Below are positions 63,476-64,000 of a DNA stretch of 64,000 bases, piece after piece. The stretch's first letter is position 1, and each line of letters opens with the position of its first letter. This DNA is from Candidatus Cloacimonadales bacterium (GTDB lineage: Bacteria > Cloacimonadota > Cloacimonadia > Cloacimonadales > JAIOQZ01): assembly GCA_963662655.2 (NCBI GenBank), contig CAXXTU010000002.1:2752001-2816000 (forward strand), read 5' to 3'. The notes beneath the pieces are model-generated. The model had not been told where the DNA came from. It saw only the letters and a program-made list of their open reading frames with translations, and searched no databases. Position numbers and translations under genes: made by a program.

Positions 63476-64000
63476 TTACTCCGAAATCGCTACACTGATG
63501 TATGAAAGAGCCAGCATGGTGAAGACGAACGCCTGCACCGTACCGACAAAAAGTCCGAAGAACAGGTTCAGCCCGACAGGGAGAACCACAAACTTGACCA
63601 GGGAAGATACCACCAGGATGATAATGGCGCCGCCCAGAATATTACCGAAAAGTCGGAAGGATATCGAAACCACTTTCGCCAGTTCGCCGATAACATCGAG
63701 GATGACCATCGGGGTCACATACCCTTTCAGGTAACCGCCGATTCCCTTGTGCTTGATCGCCGTCGCGTGGACCACGACGCCGACCATGATGCCCATACCC
63801 ATCGTCACGTTGAGCGTACGGGTCGGTTCAAGGAAGCCGGGAATCGGAATCATGCCGATCACGTTACAAATCCAAAGGAAAATGAAGATGGTAACGATGT
63901 AAGGCGTGAAACCGGCGAGCTTTGCGCCGAGGGTCTCGACCACGAATCCATCCAGCATCCCGTAGATCGATTCGAAGAGAATCTGGATCTTACTGGGGCG
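63476..64000 (-). CDS. atpB: ATP synthase a (5' end outside window)
   Basis: Frame open to the window edge; SFRLFGNI, VQAFVFTML..Y. Confidence 0.95.
   Translation of the reverse strand, partial: RPSKIQILFESIYGMLDGFVVETLGAKLAGFTPYIVTIFIFLWICNVIGMIPIPGFLEPTRTLNVTMGMGIMVGVVVHATAIKHKGIGGYLKGYVTPMVILDVIGELAKVVSISFRLFGNILGGAIIILVVSSLVKFVVLPVGLNLFFGLFVGTVQAFVFTMLALSYISVAISE

Overview
This is a bacterial chromosome segment around the replication origin. The C-terminal 'YPNPFNP' sorting domains, LolA/LptE/SurA and gene style suggest a diderm anaerobe, probably Candidatus Cloacimonadota (inference). Bases 1-6.5 kb hold a decayed phage tail module. A two-gene cargo (beta-propeller plus NlpC/P60-like beta-helix protein) interrupts it. 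The module ends in an array of ~22-bp GGAAAA-N-GTCAC repeats terminating in ...TTTTACA, 32 bp from the 3' end of tRNA-Val(CAC), which resembles a tRNA-targeted Tn7-like transposon end. Next come two tRNA-Val genes, a surface-polysaccharide block, dnaA with a bipartite oriC, four parS sites and envelope/housekeeping genes. The right half has tandem FG-GAP secreted paralogues, transporters, an ISL3 element and an F-type ATP synthase operon. That operon encodes a Na+-motif single-hairpin c subunit and a triplicated (three-hairpin) c subunit that keeps the ion-binding Glu in only one hairpin. All functional calls come from motifs read by eye; no database searches were run.
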